Shown: in pieces, positions 1-10,167 of the stretch
Position numbering within the stretch: position 1 is the stretch's first letter
How the letters are laid out: every line of letters starts with the position of its first letter
Source of the DNA: a virus
Lineage: Duplodnaviria > Caudoviricetes
Reading direction: 5' to 3' (one strand)
Length of the DNA: 64,000 nt
Virus record (IMG/VR): IMGVR_UViG_3300028048_000060
Span: 90,737 to 154,736 of that record
Notes under the pieces: model-generated
What the model was told of the DNA's origin: nothing
Databases searched by the model: none
What the model saw: the letters and a program-made list of their open reading frames with translations, nothing else
Translations under genes and position numbers: made by a program

Positions 1-84
1 TCAAAGAGTTCAGAACTTGAGGAATTAAAGGAAATGTCTAAAGAGCAAATATGGTTAAAAGATTTAGAGGAGATAAAGTTGTAA
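1..84 (+). CDS. 3' end of probable type II topoisomerase subunit (T4 gp52-like), partial
   Basis: Frame 1 reads ...ELEELKEMSKEQIWLKDLEEIKL*, resembling the W/YxxDL tail of gp52/topo II. Only 27 aa are visible. Confidence 0.5.
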   Translation, partial: SKSSELEELKEMSKEQIWLKDLEEIKL

Positions 85-85
85 G

Positions 86-286
86 ATGTTAGGATTTAGT
101 ATCTATGTTCTAAGATGGATTGTGAGTGGGATTGTAATGATTCCTATTATGCAGTTCTTTGAACCTTATTTGTCTCTTTGGGCTAACCTCTTAGTAACTC
201 AGATTATAGGTTCGTTTATATTCTTCTTTATAGACAAAACAATATTTAAGCATATCAACGCTATGACACCTTCATCTGATTCTTAG
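86..286 (+). CDS. small membrane protein (two TM helices, GtrA-like)
   Basis: 66-aa hydrophobic ORF with GGAG RBS upstream. Confidence 0.6.
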   Translation: MLGFSIYVLRWIVSGIVMIPIMQFFEPYLSLWANLLVTQIIGSFIFFFIDKTIFKHINAMTPSSDS

Positions 287-305
287 TCAAAAGAGTCTTA
301 GAAAT

Positions 306-332
306 AAAAAGGGAATTTTAAAATTCCCTTTT
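306..332. terminator. bidirectional intrinsic terminator
   Basis: aaaaagggaattt-ta-aaattccctttt hairpin between convergent genes. Confidence 0.7.
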
Positions 333-342
333 CTTATAATAG

Positions 343-945
343 CTAATAATCTATAAAGTCTTTAGTCTTTATAACAGACTCAGATATTGTCGATTCAAAT
401 TCCATGTGTCTAACTAGACTAGGTCTGACTACAAGGAATGTATCCTTCTCGAATATTCTAGCCATTATGTAGGCGTGTCTATTTTCCTTTGCATAAGCAT
501 AATATGCTTTAAACAACTGTTTGGAGTCTAAAATCTTTTGAAGTATCTTAGATGGAAGATAAACACACTGATTAAAGGCATAATTAGAACCCCTTTCCTC
601 AAAAACCCTTAAATTATCCTCAGAATACAGTTCTGGTCCCTTAGTGTCAAAATTATAATGGAAATTTATAATTCTATCAGGATTCTTTTCTATGACCTTT
701 CTGATATTCTCTAAAAAATGCTCACTGAGTTCAATGTCGTCTTCCAACATTAAAATATCTTCATTTTTATATAAAGAACATAAAGAAATTAAATTCTCAG
801 ACGTTTTGTTAGACCCAACAAAGGTACAGACTTCTAAGTCTATCCCTGAATCCTGAATGGCTTTGTTTAGCTTAGTTTTCAGGGACTTGACATTTTTCTG
901 CCTTTCCTTAGGAGCATCCTTAAACGTAAAAATAACTATCTTCAT
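343..945 (-). CDS. glycosyltransferase-like protein (GT-A fold)
   Basis: ILMLEDD motif and C-terminal PSLVRH...STI motif typical of GT25/GT2-like phage enzymes. Confidence 0.6.
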   Translation of the reverse strand: MKIVIFTFKDAPKERQKNVKSLKTKLNKAIQDSGIDLEVCTFVGSNKTSENLISLCSLYKNEDILMLEDDIELSEHFLENIRKVIEKNPDRIINFHYNFDTKGPELYSEDNLRVFEERGSNYAFNQCVYLPSKILQKILDSKQLFKAYYAYAKENRHAYIMARIFEKDTFLVVRPSLVRHMEFESTISESVIKTKDFIDY

Positions 946-947
946 CT

Positions 948-2267
948 TTATTCAGAGACTGTAAATGTTACTGATTCGTTTAAAGAATACTTAGAAATTA
1001 CCTGAAGTTCGAATGAACAGTTAGAACCAAAATCATTACTGTATCCAACCCAGTTATTAGAAACACTTTGAGGATACTGACTTGTACTAATATCCTGATT
1101 ATCCAGGTAAGCAGTTATCTCAAAGTAGTTAGTGTTTGATCCGATAGAACAGTCGCTTCCGAATGAAAGTTGAGGATATCCACCTGTTATCTGTGCACCA
1201 AATGACTCAATCTGTTCTTCGCTTTGGGACTGTCTTGCCTGATTTATAGCGCCTATAATTGTAGAATCAGAAATAGTTATGTTTCCAAAAGACTTTCCTA
1301 AGCCAAATTTAATTGTTCCACTAGGATAAGAACCTCCTCTAGTATATGGAACTGCTAGGTTAACAGCTACCAGGAATGCTTTGTCAAACTCGTCATAACC
1401 CTTTGTAGAGGTTACATCAGTTACTACAATTCCTTCAGGAACAGGAGTGTCTTCATAGTGACCGTAATACTCGGAAGAAACCCTAATAATGTCCTTAACA
1501 TCCTGAGCAGTGATTCCTAAAACAGAGTCAGCAGTACACTCATTGTAGTCATTTAATGAAGACTCTGCAACTGCTCCAACTTTGAAGTGAATTTCGAAGT
1601 AAACAGGAACTCTAGTAACAGTTCTTGTAGTAGGTGTTGAACCACCTGATGGAAGAGTCAACTGCTTAGTTGTTTGGTCACTAAAGGTCAGTTCCAGTTT
1701 GTTTGTGTCTACGATAGCACCATCTACAACTGAAGTTGGAACTGTAGGAATCGGAATAGACACATTCTTAGTTGTGTTGTCGCTTAAAGTCAGTTCTAGG
1801 TTATTAGTATTAGATGAAAAAGAAGCATCAACAACAGAAACTGGAACTTCAGGCCAAGGTAAACTAACTGTCTGTGACTGTCCATCTAAGTATGTTACTT
1901 CTAAGTCATCATTATTATCTAAAGACACTGAAGAAACAACTCTTGAACTCAAGTCGGTCTTAAATCTGTCTAAGTTGCCTACATTAACATCTTTGGTTAA
2001 GTCAGGTTGAGTCTGAGAGTCTCCAAATAATCCATCTATGTCATCGTTAGTTGCGAACTGTGTTCCAATATCAACAGTTACATTCTGAGTACCATTAAAG
2101 GTAGCTACTGTTTGAGCATTTTTAGTTAAAGTTAAAGTCTTCCTGTCTAAGAGACCATTTAGGAGCACAAAGTTATCATTTAACTCTCCGCCCCAGTTAT
2201 TGTCTCCATCAGGAACAACCCAAACTCCATTTGAGAGTTGAGTCTTTTCTGTGACTGTGTTTGCCAT
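948..2267 (-). CDS. virion fibre/adhesin-like structural protein
   Basis: N-terminal WGGELNDNFVLLN anchor-like motif; three repeats of the pattern VVD..LELTxSDxTTK; DDIDGLF motif shared with neighbouring fibre genes. Confidence 0.6.
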   Translation of the reverse strand: MANTVTEKTQLSNGVWVVPDGDNNWGGELNDNFVLLNGLLDRKTLTLTKNAQTVATFNGTQNVTVDIGTQFATNDDIDGLFGDSQTQPDLTKDVNVGNLDRFKTDLSSRVVSSVSLDNNDDLEVTYLDGQSQTVSLPWPEVPVSVVDASFSSNTNNLELTLSDNTTKNVSIPIPTVPTSVVDGAIVDTNKLELTFSDQTTKQLTLPSGGSTPTTRTVTRVPVYFEIHFKVGAVAESSLNDYNECTADSVLGITAQDVKDIIRVSSEYYGHYEDTPVPEGIVVTDVTSTKGYDEFDKAFLVAVNLAVPYTRGGSYPSGTIKFGLGKSFGNITISDSTIIGAINQARQSQSEEQIESFGAQITGGYPQLSFGSDCSIGSNTNYFEITAYLDNQDISTSQYPQSVSNNWVGYSNDFGSNCSFELQVISKYSLNESVTFTVSE

Positions 2268-2379
2268 ATTATTCTCCTTTTTGTTAAACTGAGACTCTAT
2301 TTATAGCTATTTATAATTAGCCTTCAAAAAATTATGGTTTTTGAGTTTAACCCAAATATTTTAGTCTTTTGACATTCAA

Positions 2380-2387
2380 TATAAATA
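2380..2387 (+). promoter_or_regulatory. T4-type late promoter TATAAATA
   Basis: Exact gp55 consensus about 33 nt before the fibre gene; a gp55 homologue is in the window. Confidence 0.6.
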
Positions 2388-2419
2388 CATTAAATCAAAC
2401 TTTTCAAAGGGAATTTATT

Positions 2420-3256
2420 ATGGCTGTTAAATATCTCGATAATGCTGGAACACAGTATCTTGTAAACAAAATAAAAGCAATAGATGGTAAAATACCAACA
2501 GAATCTCAAATAACTACAATGATTACTAGTGCTTTGAATACTTACAAAGAAGGGATTGTAACTATTGTAGAGTCTTTACCTCAGACTGGTGAAGAAGGTA
2601 AGTTATACCTGGTGATCGACCCTTCAGATTCAGATGTTTATATTATCTACACATGGGAAGATAATGCTTTTAGGCGTATGGGCTCTAAGACATTTACACT
2701 TACTGTAGACAGTGCTCTGAGTGATACATCTACTAATCCTGTTCAGAATAAAGTAGTTAAGAGTGCCTTAGATGGAAAAGCAAACGCATCTCATACTCAT
2801 GGAAGTATTACTAATGATGGAAAGTTAGGAACAGCATCTAGAGTAGTAATAACAGGGACTGATAAGAAGATTGGAATTTCTACAGTCACAACAACTGAAT
2901 TAGGATACTTAAGTGGTGTTTCAAGTGCTATTCAAACTCAGTTGGATGGCAAATCAGCTACTGGACATACTCATACCGCTGGAGATGTAGCAGGATTAGC
3001 AACTGTAGCAACAACAGGGTCTTATAACGACTTATCAGACAAACCTTCTATCAACAATGCTACTTTAACCATTCAAAAGAATGGGACAACTGTTAAGACA
3101 TTCACAGCTAATGCTAGTTCAAATGTTACTTGTAATATAACAGTTCCAACTAAGACATCTGATATTACAAATGATAGTAACTTTGTTCCATCATCTGATT
3201 TAATAGCATTAACGGATGCTGAAATTGATGCTATGTTTACAGGTTCAGGTTCTTAA
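2420..3256 (+). CDS. tail/head fibre-like protein (start moved to ATG 2420)
   Basis: AAGGGA RBS; VDSALSDTSTNPVQNKVV, HTH repeats and LATVATTGSYNDL fibre motifs. Confidence 0.7.
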   Translation: MAVKYLDNAGTQYLVNKIKAIDGKIPTESQITTMITSALNTYKEGIVTIVESLPQTGEEGKLYLVIDPSDSDVYIIYTWEDNAFRRMGSKTFTLTVDSALSDTSTNPVQNKVVKSALDGKANASHTHGSITNDGKLGTASRVVITGTDKKIGISTVTTTELGYLSGVSSAIQTQLDGKSATGHTHTAGDVAGLATVATTGSYNDLSDKPSINNATLTIQKNGTTVKTFTANASSNVTCNITVPTKTSDITNDSNFVPSSDLIALTDAEIDAMFTGSGS

Positions 3257-3270
3257 TATCGGAGGTAAAA

Positions 3271-4902
3271 ATGGCCTTTAGATATTTAGATAAAGACGGT
3301 GCACTAAGTTTTTGGACGAATATAAAGAACTACATATTGTCTAAAATTCCTACAAAGACTAGTGAGTTGACTAATGATAGTGGATTCTTAACTCAGCATC
3401 CGTCTATTACACTTAGTTCAAATACTACATCTACAGCATCTCCTGCTCATGGCGGTACATTTACTTGTATTGACTCTGTTACACAAGACACTAATGGTCA
3501 TATAACAAAAGTTAATACCAAGACAGTTACATTACCAAGTGATAATAACACAGATACATTGATGACTCAGAACGTAAGTACTACTAACAGTACATATCCA
3601 ATATTGTTATGTCCTACCGCTAATGCAACATCTAATCAGGGTGCTAAAACTGGTATATTTGCTAAGAGTGTTAAAATCAACCCTAGCACCAATGTAGTTA
3701 GTGCTTCTGGATTCAGTGGTAATCTAACGGGTAATGTTACAGGTAATTGTAGTGGTTCATCTGGATCTTGTACGGGTAATGCATCTAGTGCTACTGAATT
3801 CTCAGCAACAACCACAGTAGCATTAACTGGTGATGCAACAGGTACTTCTGCTGGTAGTAAGAAAGGTTGGTCAGTACCAGTTACATTAGCTAACTCTGGA
3901 GTAACAGCAGGAACATATGGTCCAAGTGCAGATGTTACTGGAAATAATAATGCAACAATTTTAGTTCCTGAGATAACAGTAGATGCTAAAGGTCGTGTTA
4001 CTAGTGTTACTAACAGAACATACACTTCAGTGAATACTGACACAAACACTGATACTAAAGTAACTCAAACTGTTACCAATGCAAACAGTAATTATCCGAT
4101 AATTCTTTCCGCTACAGCAGACAAAACAGCAACCTCTACAGAGGCAGCGAGATTCACCACAGCACTGTACGCAAATGCAAGATACGGATACTTGTACCAG
4201 AAGAATACCTATGCCAGTGCTTGTAAAATCGGAACTGCTCCAACTTCTGATCAGGTTGTTGCGAGAATTTATCAAAAAGATTATGATGGAAATGATGCTT
4301 TCGCTCTGACTACTCAGATAAACAAAACAACAGGTCATGTAAGGACTTCTTGGAGAGTTTACAACAAGTTAACAAGCGGAGCGTTAGACCCTAGTGCAAC
4401 TGCTACTTCAACATATGTTACTCTTACCATGGGAACAACAGGGAAGAGTATTTCTACTGATGCTTTATGGGATTCTAACCTTACTCCTCTGGCAAACAAC
4501 TCTAAAACACTTGGAACGTCAAGTTTACAGTGGAAAGGGGCATATGCTGTAAACTTCTACGAAAATGGAACTGCTCTGAGTGATAAGTATCTAACAGTTA
4601 GTGCGATATCAGGTGGTGCTAGTACCTCAGCAGGTAATATTACCCCTGTCAAAGGAACTATTATTTCAGGATTTGCCGAATCAGACTCAGTAACTTACTC
4701 AACTAGTTTTGGAGGAGTCTTAACAAGTCCATCTCACCTGTACTATGCAACCTGTGTTTACAATACATCAAACTCAACAATGCAGTACTCCAAGGGACCG
4801 TCTGTTGGAGGAACAGGTACTTGGAAACTTATGGGTGGTGGTGTGTCACAACCAGGTATTAACTCAAAGCTACTGTTTGGTCTTTGGATTAAGATAGTGT
4901 AA
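3271..4902 (+). CDS. tail fibre protein
   Basis: Thr/Ser/Gly-rich; GNLTGNVTGN and VDAKGRVT fibre repeats; a chaperone-like gene lies just downstream. Confidence 0.75.
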   Translation: MAFRYLDKDGALSFWTNIKNYILSKIPTKTSELTNDSGFLTQHPSITLSSNTTSTASPAHGGTFTCIDSVTQDTNGHITKVNTKTVTLPSDNNTDTLMTQNVSTTNSTYPILLCPTANATSNQGAKTGIFAKSVKINPSTNVVSASGFSGNLTGNVTGNCSGSSGSCTGNASSATEFSATTTVALTGDATGTSAGSKKGWSVPVTLANSGVTAGTYGPSADVTGNNNATILVPEITVDAKGRVTSVTNRTYTSVNTDTNTDTKVTQTVTNANSNYPIILSATADKTATSTEAARFTTALYANARYGYLYQKNTYASACKIGTAPTSDQVVARIYQKDYDGNDAFALTTQINKTTGHVRTSWRVYNKLTSGALDPSATATSTYVTLTMGTTGKSISTDALWDSNLTPLANNSKTLGTSSLQWKGAYAVNFYENGTALSDKYLTVSAISGGASTSAGNITPVKGTIISGFAESDSVTYSTSFGGVLTSPSHLYYATCVYNTSNSTMQYSKGPSVGGTGTWKLMGGGVSQPGINSKLLFGLWIKIV

Positions 4903-4919
4903 TAATAAGGATAATAAAA

Positions 4920-5210
4920 ATGACTTTAGAACAAACAATTCCTTTAATGATATCTAAAGATTTCAAAGAAAGAGGAATAGCTGAGTATTTTCAGATTAAG
5001 ATAAGAACACAGCAAAACAGAGAATTTATAAGAAAATGGAAAGCGAATGAATTACCATTTAATCCTTGTAACCCGTTAGAACAATCAGAGATGCAGTTAA
5101 AAGCTATGGAGTTATATGAATATACTCTAAAGGAAAGACTAAAGACTGTCTTAGGTATAAAGACAGATGAAGAATTTAAACAAGTTGAAGCATTATTCGC
5201 TAATGAGTAA
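4920..5210 (+). CDS. conserved phage protein (crAss001_48-like family)
   Basis: M.SKDFKER..AEYFQ.KIR...Q..AM..Y...L..R pattern recalled for this family. Confidence 0.55.
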   Translation: MTLEQTIPLMISKDFKERGIAEYFQIKIRTQQNREFIRKWKANELPFNPCNPLEQSEMQLKAMELYEYTLKERLKTVLGIKTDEEFKQVEALFANE

Positions 5211-5224
5211 AGTAAGGAGATGAA

Positions 5225-5851
5225 ATGGACGATATAGAAAACTTAGAACAAGATGGAATGCTTGAAAATTCAGAAGATACTGAAGAAACAATCCAAATAA
5301 GAAATCCAAGATGGAATGACTTAGAACACACAAGTTTTGACTGTGAGTTAAACCACCCTGAATATGGATGGATTCCATTTACTGTTAAAGGAAATGATAC
5401 AAGTTACTATTGTTCTGAAATTTGGAAAAACAGAGATACTTTTGAAATTCAAGAGTATGTTCCTGTTCAAGAAGACTTAGATGCTCTTAAAGAACAAAAA
5501 CATCAAGAACTAAGAACTGAAAGGGACAAACTTAGACAGATAGAGTTTGCTGTGTATAACGATGCTAATTATCAGATTAGACAAGAAGACCAAGACAACA
5601 TGAACACATTCTTAACTAATGCCATTGGGATGTTATCAGGAATAATGCCAAGAGAAAACTTCAGTATTATGGATGCTGATAATATTCTTAGAACTCTAAG
5701 TCCTGAACAAATAATTGAATTGGGACTAGAAATGAAAGCTAAGGTTAAAGAAATTTATGCTAGGTACTGGTATGCTAGAGATGTTTTGCTGAAAAATGCA
5801 CAAACAAAAGAACAAATTTCAAAAATAACTATTCTTAGAACATTAAGCTAA
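5225..5851 (+). CDS. tail fibre assembly/chaperone protein (DUF4376-like)
   Basis: HPEYGWIPFT motif and LKEQKHQELRTERD...DADN helical domain; follows the fibre gene. Confidence 0.7.
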   Translation: MDDIENLEQDGMLENSEDTEETIQIRNPRWNDLEHTSFDCELNHPEYGWIPFTVKGNDTSYYCSEIWKNRDTFEIQEYVPVQEDLDALKEQKHQELRTERDKLRQIEFAVYNDANYQIRQEDQDNMNTFLTNAIGMLSGIMPRENFSIMDADNILRTLSPEQIIELGLEMKAKVKEIYARYWYARDVLLKNAQTKEQISKITILRTLS

Positions 5852-5889
5852 TTAAATTAGCTTAAAGAACAACCTAAAGGGGATTTAAA

Positions 5890-6486
5890 ATGCCAAATCA
5901 ACTTAAATTTTTGGATTTTACAGGTACTCAGTACCTTGTAAACAAAATTAAAGCAATAGATGCTAAGATTCCTACTTCACAGGAAATCAACACAATGATT
6001 TCATCTGCGTTGGAAACCTTTGAACAGGGTCTTGTAACTATTGTTGCTTCCTTAGATAGTGTAACTACTCCTGAAGAAGGAAAGTTATACTTAGTTCCAG
6101 ATACTAATGAGTCTTCAGGAGATGTCTATACTGTATGGGCATGGGAAAAGGTCTCAGGAACCTATAAGTGGGTTCAGATGGGTGCTTGTACATTTACCCT
6201 TGTAGTAGACAGTGCTTTGAGTGATACATCTACTAATCCAGTTCAGAATAAAGTAGTTACTGCCGCACTGAATCTTAAAGCAAATGCTTCAGATGTACAT
6301 GATGCTACCTTAACAATTCAGAAAAATGGAGTAAATGTTCAGACATTTAGTGCTAATGCTAGCTCCAATGCAACTTGTAATATAACAGTTCCTACATCTT
6401 TAACCGAACTAACAGACGACTACTTAACTTCTATCACCAATAATGAAATTGATGGAATGTTTAGTTCTTCAGGAAGTGGGTCATAA
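5890..6486 (+). CDS. fibre-like protein, paralogue of 2420..3256
   Basis: Shares GTQYLVNKIKAID, EEGKLYLV, VDSALSDTSTNPVQNKVV and ATLTIQKNG..CNITVPT. Confidence 0.7.
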   Translation: MPNQLKFLDFTGTQYLVNKIKAIDAKIPTSQEINTMISSALETFEQGLVTIVASLDSVTTPEEGKLYLVPDTNESSGDVYTVWAWEKVSGTYKWVQMGACTFTLVVDSALSDTSTNPVQNKVVTAALNLKANASDVHDATLTIQKNGVNVQTFSANASSNATCNITVPTSLTELTDDYLTSITNNEIDGMFSSSGSGS

Positions 6487-6517
6487 CAGTATACAGGATG
6501 TATACTAACATTCTAAT

Positions 6518-6550
6518 ATCCTGTTCTCTTGGAGAACAGGATTTTTTTTT
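6518..6550 (+). terminator. intrinsic terminator
   Basis: atcctgttctc-ttg-gagaacaggat followed by a T run. Confidence 0.8.
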
Positions 6551-6680
6551 AGATGTCTTAAACAGTGTTTGAGTCTTCTTTAAAGTTTAAATCTTGTTTA
6601 TTATATAAAGACACATAAAAATTTCTTTTAATTTCCTAAAAAATTCTTTATAATAAATTAAATCATAATAGGAGAAAGAA

Positions 6681-7013
6681 ATGGCAGTTTTACAACAAAT
6701 TCAAATGAAATCAACTGAGTTCCAACCTTTAGCAGATTATATTCTTATCAAACCTGATGAAGTCGAAACAGACGAGTATACTCAGGGTGGGATTATCATC
6801 CAACACAAGAAATCTATCACCAACAGACCTACAGCAGGAGTTATCTTAGCAAAGGGAAAGGACTGTTCTGAAGTGGAAGTGGGTGACTATGTCGTGTTTC
6901 CTGACACAGATGGAATTGACGTTAAGTTCTTAGACTCAGACCCTAACAAAGAACACGCTGAGTTTATGCTTCTAAGATACAAGTCTGTGATAGGAAGAAC
7001 AAAGAGAAACTAA
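6681..7013 (+). CDS. groES: co-chaperonin GroES / T4 gp31-like
   Basis: FQPLADYILIKP, TQGGIII, GVILAKG and VEVGDYV motifs. Confidence 0.85.
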   Translation: MAVLQQIQMKSTEFQPLADYILIKPDEVETDEYTQGGIIIQHKKSITNRPTAGVILAKGKDCSEVEVGDYVVFPDTDGIDVKFLDSDPNKEHAEFMLLRYKSVIGRTKRN

Positions 7014-7095
7014 CAGTTTCTTCACTGAAACATCAGAACATCTTAAATTGTTTAAATGCTCTTTTATAGAGCATTTTTTATTATAAGGATTTAAA

Positions 7096-7326
7096 ATGAT
7101 TACATTAGGACAACTTTTACCATCCTTAGACCCTGTGTCTAAGATTATCATTACCAACGAAGAAGGTTATCCAGTTCCTTTAACTAAGGAAGACACTGTT
7201 ACAACCTTTAGTCCTCGTTGCTTTGATGAAATAGACACATCTTATATTATTCCACTCTTAGACTCTAAGGTTAAGACTATATCACATCATTCTGAGTTTC
7301 TAGAGATTATTCTAAAAAAATTTTAG
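7096..7326 (+). CDS. hypothetical protein
   Basis: ORF with AAGGA RBS. Confidence 0.5.
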   Translation: MITLGQLLPSLDPVSKIIITNEEGYPVPLTKEDTVTTFSPRCFDEIDTSYIIPLLDSKVKTISHHSEFLEIILKKF

Positions 7327-7344
7327 TTTAAGACAAATTTTTGC

Positions 7345-7373
7345 TTGATATTTAACTCAAAATACATTATAAT
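7345..7373 (+). promoter_or_regulatory. sigma70-type early promoter
   Basis: TTGATA-17-TATAAT; the spacer and leader are conserved at 19151, 27957 and 42070. Confidence 0.8.
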
Positions 7374-7409
7374 AATAAACATAAAGAGAAAAGAAGAAGG
7401 AAAAAAGAT

Positions 7410-8042
7410 ATGGAAATGTCAAGCATCATTAAAATCTTAGAAAAGACCTTTGATAAGATTAACTCAGAACTCTACAACAACGAACTCAAGAAGCCAATCA
7501 TTACAGTTCAGACGGGACGTAGAACAGTCTTAGGTTGGTGTTCAGCATCTGAGAGATGGATTAACGAAAAGAAAAAGGTCTACGAAATCAATATCGTAGC
7601 AGAAAATCTCAACCGAACCAAGGAAGGTATTATTGAAACATTACTCCACGAAGTAGTCCACCTCTATAACTCACAGCATGGAGTAGATGACTGTAACTCT
7701 CAGCAGTATCACAACAAGCACTTTAAGGAAGTTGCAGAAGCACATGGCTTAACCGTACAGAAAATGCGAAACAGAGGCTTTGCTTATACTACTTTAAATG
7801 AAGTAGGAAAGAAGTTTGCTGATTCTTTAGATTTCAACTTTGATGCAGTTAGAATGAGTTGTGAACCCATTGAGACTACTGGAACTGAGAATGGCAAAGA
7901 CCCTCTTCCAAAAGCAAAGAAGACTTATGACAAACCAGTCACTTACGAATGTCCTTGTTGTGGAAGACGAGTAAGATTCCACAATTACAAACTTAACATT
8001 ATTTGTGGAGACTGTGGCGAAAAGTTCGTTCCAATCAACTAA
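7410..8042 (+). CDS. SprT-like zinc metalloprotease
   Basis: TLLHEVVH (HExxH), YHNKHFK and C-terminal CPCC..CGDC zinc ribbon. Confidence 0.8.
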   Translation: MEMSSIIKILEKTFDKINSELYNNELKKPIITVQTGRRTVLGWCSASERWINEKKKVYEINIVAENLNRTKEGIIETLLHEVVHLYNSQHGVDDCNSQQYHNKHFKEVAEAHGLTVQKMRNRGFAYTTLNEVGKKFADSLDFNFDAVRMSCEPIETTGTENGKDPLPKAKKTYDKPVTYECPCCGRRVRFHNYKLNIICGDCGEKFVPIN

Positions 8043-8115
8043 GAAGACCGGGGACAAAAGAGACTTAAAAGAAATCTAAGTCTCTTATATAGAAACATAG
8101 AAAGAGAGAAAAGAT

Positions 8116-8388
8116 ATGAAAACTAAAAATTTTGATTTTGATGAATTTATTGGCTTAGTCTTTGAGAAGTGCCTCTGGGTTATTGGTGGATATGAAAACA
8201 CAATGTCTGACTCAGAAGAAGGTTCTCCTGAATATGTCTATGCTGAAAACATCATTAAGGACTTGGATGCTATTTTAGATGAAGCGTTTGATGAACTTGA
8301 GTTCGACCTTAAGGCAAAGATTGAAACAGGAGTAAGAGACTTAGTAAGTCCTAAGGTCATTTTTAAATTACACGAAGAAGGATACTAA
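8116..8388 (+). CDS. hypothetical acidic protein
   Basis: ORF with purine-rich leader. Confidence 0.55.
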   Translation: MKTKNFDFDEFIGLVFEKCLWVIGGYENTMSDSEEGSPEYVYAENIIKDLDAILDEAFDELEFDLKAKIETGVRDLVSPKVIFKLHEEGY

Positions 8389-8389
8389 A

Positions 8390-8692
8390 ATGGGAGAAGT
8401 AAATTATTATCTTTTAGAGAAGATGAAGAACGAACTAGGGCTTAATGAGTCTAAGACTAAGGTTAAGACCCTTGGATACAAAACAGTATTAAAGAAAGTA
8501 GACCCTTCTAAATTAAAACCTATAAGTGTCTCCAGTATAGACTCAGATGCTGAGGCTAAGAGTTGTAAAAAACTCCCTGAAAGAGGAAGGGAAAAGATTA
8601 TCTACCTTCAGGGAGTAGAAAGTTATATCTTTAGACAAGGAACTTGGTTTAAGTTAAATTCTAAAGACAATAAGTTTTATCCTGTTGTTTAA
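8390..8692 (+). CDS. hypothetical protein (LNES motif, possible internal head protein)
   Basis: Coupled to the upstream ORF; LNE-S motif. Confidence 0.5.
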   Translation: MGEVNYYLLEKMKNELGLNESKTKVKTLGYKTVLKKVDPSKLKPISVSSIDSDAEAKSCKKLPERGREKIIYLQGVESYIFRQGTWFKLNSKDNKFYPVV

Positions 8693-9102
8693 AGTGAATC
8701 AACTTCTGCTTTAATCATTTTTTCTAACAGGATTTCAGACTTTTCAGGGACTTCGACTATAACCTTTGGTTTACGACCTCTTCTTTTCCTAGGAGTTTCA
8801 GACTCTGATGTCTCTGAGTCAGGAACAGTTATTTCTGAGACTTCTACTTCATTTGGTTTAGTCAAAGGTTTGTCCTTGTGGAGTTCTTTGGCGACCTTCT
8901 CAGCTACTTGGGTCGCACATTCCTTTCCAAACTGAATATCTGACTTATAAGGAGCAACTAATCTCAGTTCAATCCATCTCTTAGAAACAGGTTCTCCAAT
9001 GACTTGTCCTTTTGAGAGCATTATGTCTCTTAACCAAAAGTCTTGGAGTACTATATATTTGTGACAATTACAACAGTCACAGTTACATTTTAAGTTTTTC
9101 AT
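8689..9102 (-). CDS. hypothetical protein with Cys-rich N-terminus and RRGRKPK motif
   Basis: CNCDCCNCH start; AAGGA RBS. Confidence 0.55.
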   Translation of the reverse strand: MKNLKCNCDCCNCHKYIVLQDFWLRDIMLSKGQVIGEPVSKRWIELRLVAPYKSDIQFGKECATQVAEKVAKELHKDKPLTKPNEVEVSEITVPDSETSESETPRKRRGRKPKVIVEVPEKSEILLEKMIKAEVDSL

Positions 9103-9150
9103 TTTTATGTCCTTTATATTAAATACATATATTTATTTGGAATAATAAAG

Positions 9151-9372
9151 ATGCCTAAGGAAATATTTACTTTAGAAGAGTACATAGAACACTTACAGTG
9201 CTTCTGTAATCTCTATGAACTTAATGATGATATGGCAGAAGAAGTCGAAATATATAAACTGTTAATATCTTGGCTAAAAGAATTAAAACGTTATAGAAAC
9301 TCTAAGGGGAAATATGTTAGACAAAGCAATTTTACACAAGAAGGAACACAGGAAACAGTATACTGGGTGTAA
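9151..9372 (+). CDS. hypothetical protein
   Basis: WLKELKRYR motif common in small phage proteins. Confidence 0.5.
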   Translation: MPKEIFTLEEYIEHLQCFCNLYELNDDMAEEVEIYKLLISWLKELKRYRNSKGKYVRQSNFTQEGTQETVYWV

Positions 9373-9505
9373 AGCAATCGACAAATCCTGTAGAAATCAT
9401 GGCGATTGTCCTTGGTGTCAGGGAAACAGACATTATAGTAGCCTTAAACGTTTAGAAAAGACTGAATTTGACCTTAGATTAGCAAAGTTTGAAGTTGAAA
9501 TATAA
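9314..9505 (+). CDS. small basic Cys/His conserved phage protein
   Basis: KAIDKSCRNHGDCPWC motif; AAGGG RBS. Confidence 0.6.
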   Translation: MLDKAILHKKEHRKQYTGCKAIDKSCRNHGDCPWCQGNRHYSSLKRLEKTEFDLRLAKFEVEI

Positions 9506-9554
9506 ATAGAGACAAAATTGAACATCCATTTATTTTCCAACAGGAGAGATCACT

Positions 9555-9737
9555 TTGTTAGATATAGTAGCAAAGCACTCATTCATAATAGGCATATACT
9601 GGATAGCATTTTCTATCGCTGTCTTTGGATTTGTGCTTTGTGAAGATGAGAAAAAAATCAGATTTGACATCTATGGCTTTGTTTTAATGGTTCTCGGTGT
9701 CTTGTCTGTAGTTCTTTTTATTTTGATACTAATATAA
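9555..9737 (+). CDS. small membrane protein
   Basis: Two hydrophobic segments; AGGAG RBS before TTG. Confidence 0.5.
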   Translation: MLDIVAKHSFIIGIYWIAFSIAVFGFVLCEDEKKIRFDIYGFVLMVLGVLSVVLFILILI

Positions 9738-9746
9738 AGGTGTTAT

Positions 9747-10076
9747 ATGAAACTGATAGAAAAAATTATCTTAGATGATATAGTAAAAGAGATAGAAAAC
9801 CTCAAGGACGATTTCTTTATTGTAGATAGGAAACTCCAGTATAGAGTTACAGGGAGAACTGTTAGAGTAGATAAAGGAAATATCCTTATTGATGTAGACA
9901 TGAAATGCAGAATGGGAGACGAATGCTTTTATCTCATTATATACAACCCAACAAACCCTGATCTTCTCGAAGGGAGCCAACTCTATGCAAGTCATTTCCA
10001 CCACAAGGACCTCGAGTATGATGCTTATGATATGGCGAAAAAACTAGAGAAATATCTCAAGGGAAAATTTAATTAA
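9747..10076 (+). CDS. hypothetical protein
   Basis: ORF with AAGG RBS. Confidence 0.5.
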   Translation: MKLIEKIILDDIVKEIENLKDDFFIVDRKLQYRVTGRTVRVDKGNILIDVDMKCRMGDECFYLIIYNPTNPDLLEGSQLYASHFHHKDLEYDAYDMAKKLEKYLKGKFN

Positions 10077-10167
10077 ACATAAAAAATGTTAAATGAATGA
10101 TAAAAAGGGGCACTAAAAAGTGCTTTTTAAAATTTTCTTTATGTCTATATATAAAACAAGATTTAAA

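Noticed and set aside
2420-6486. Diversity-generating retroelement in the fibre paralogues
   Set aside because: No reverse transcriptase is present, and differences between the copies are not adenine-specific.
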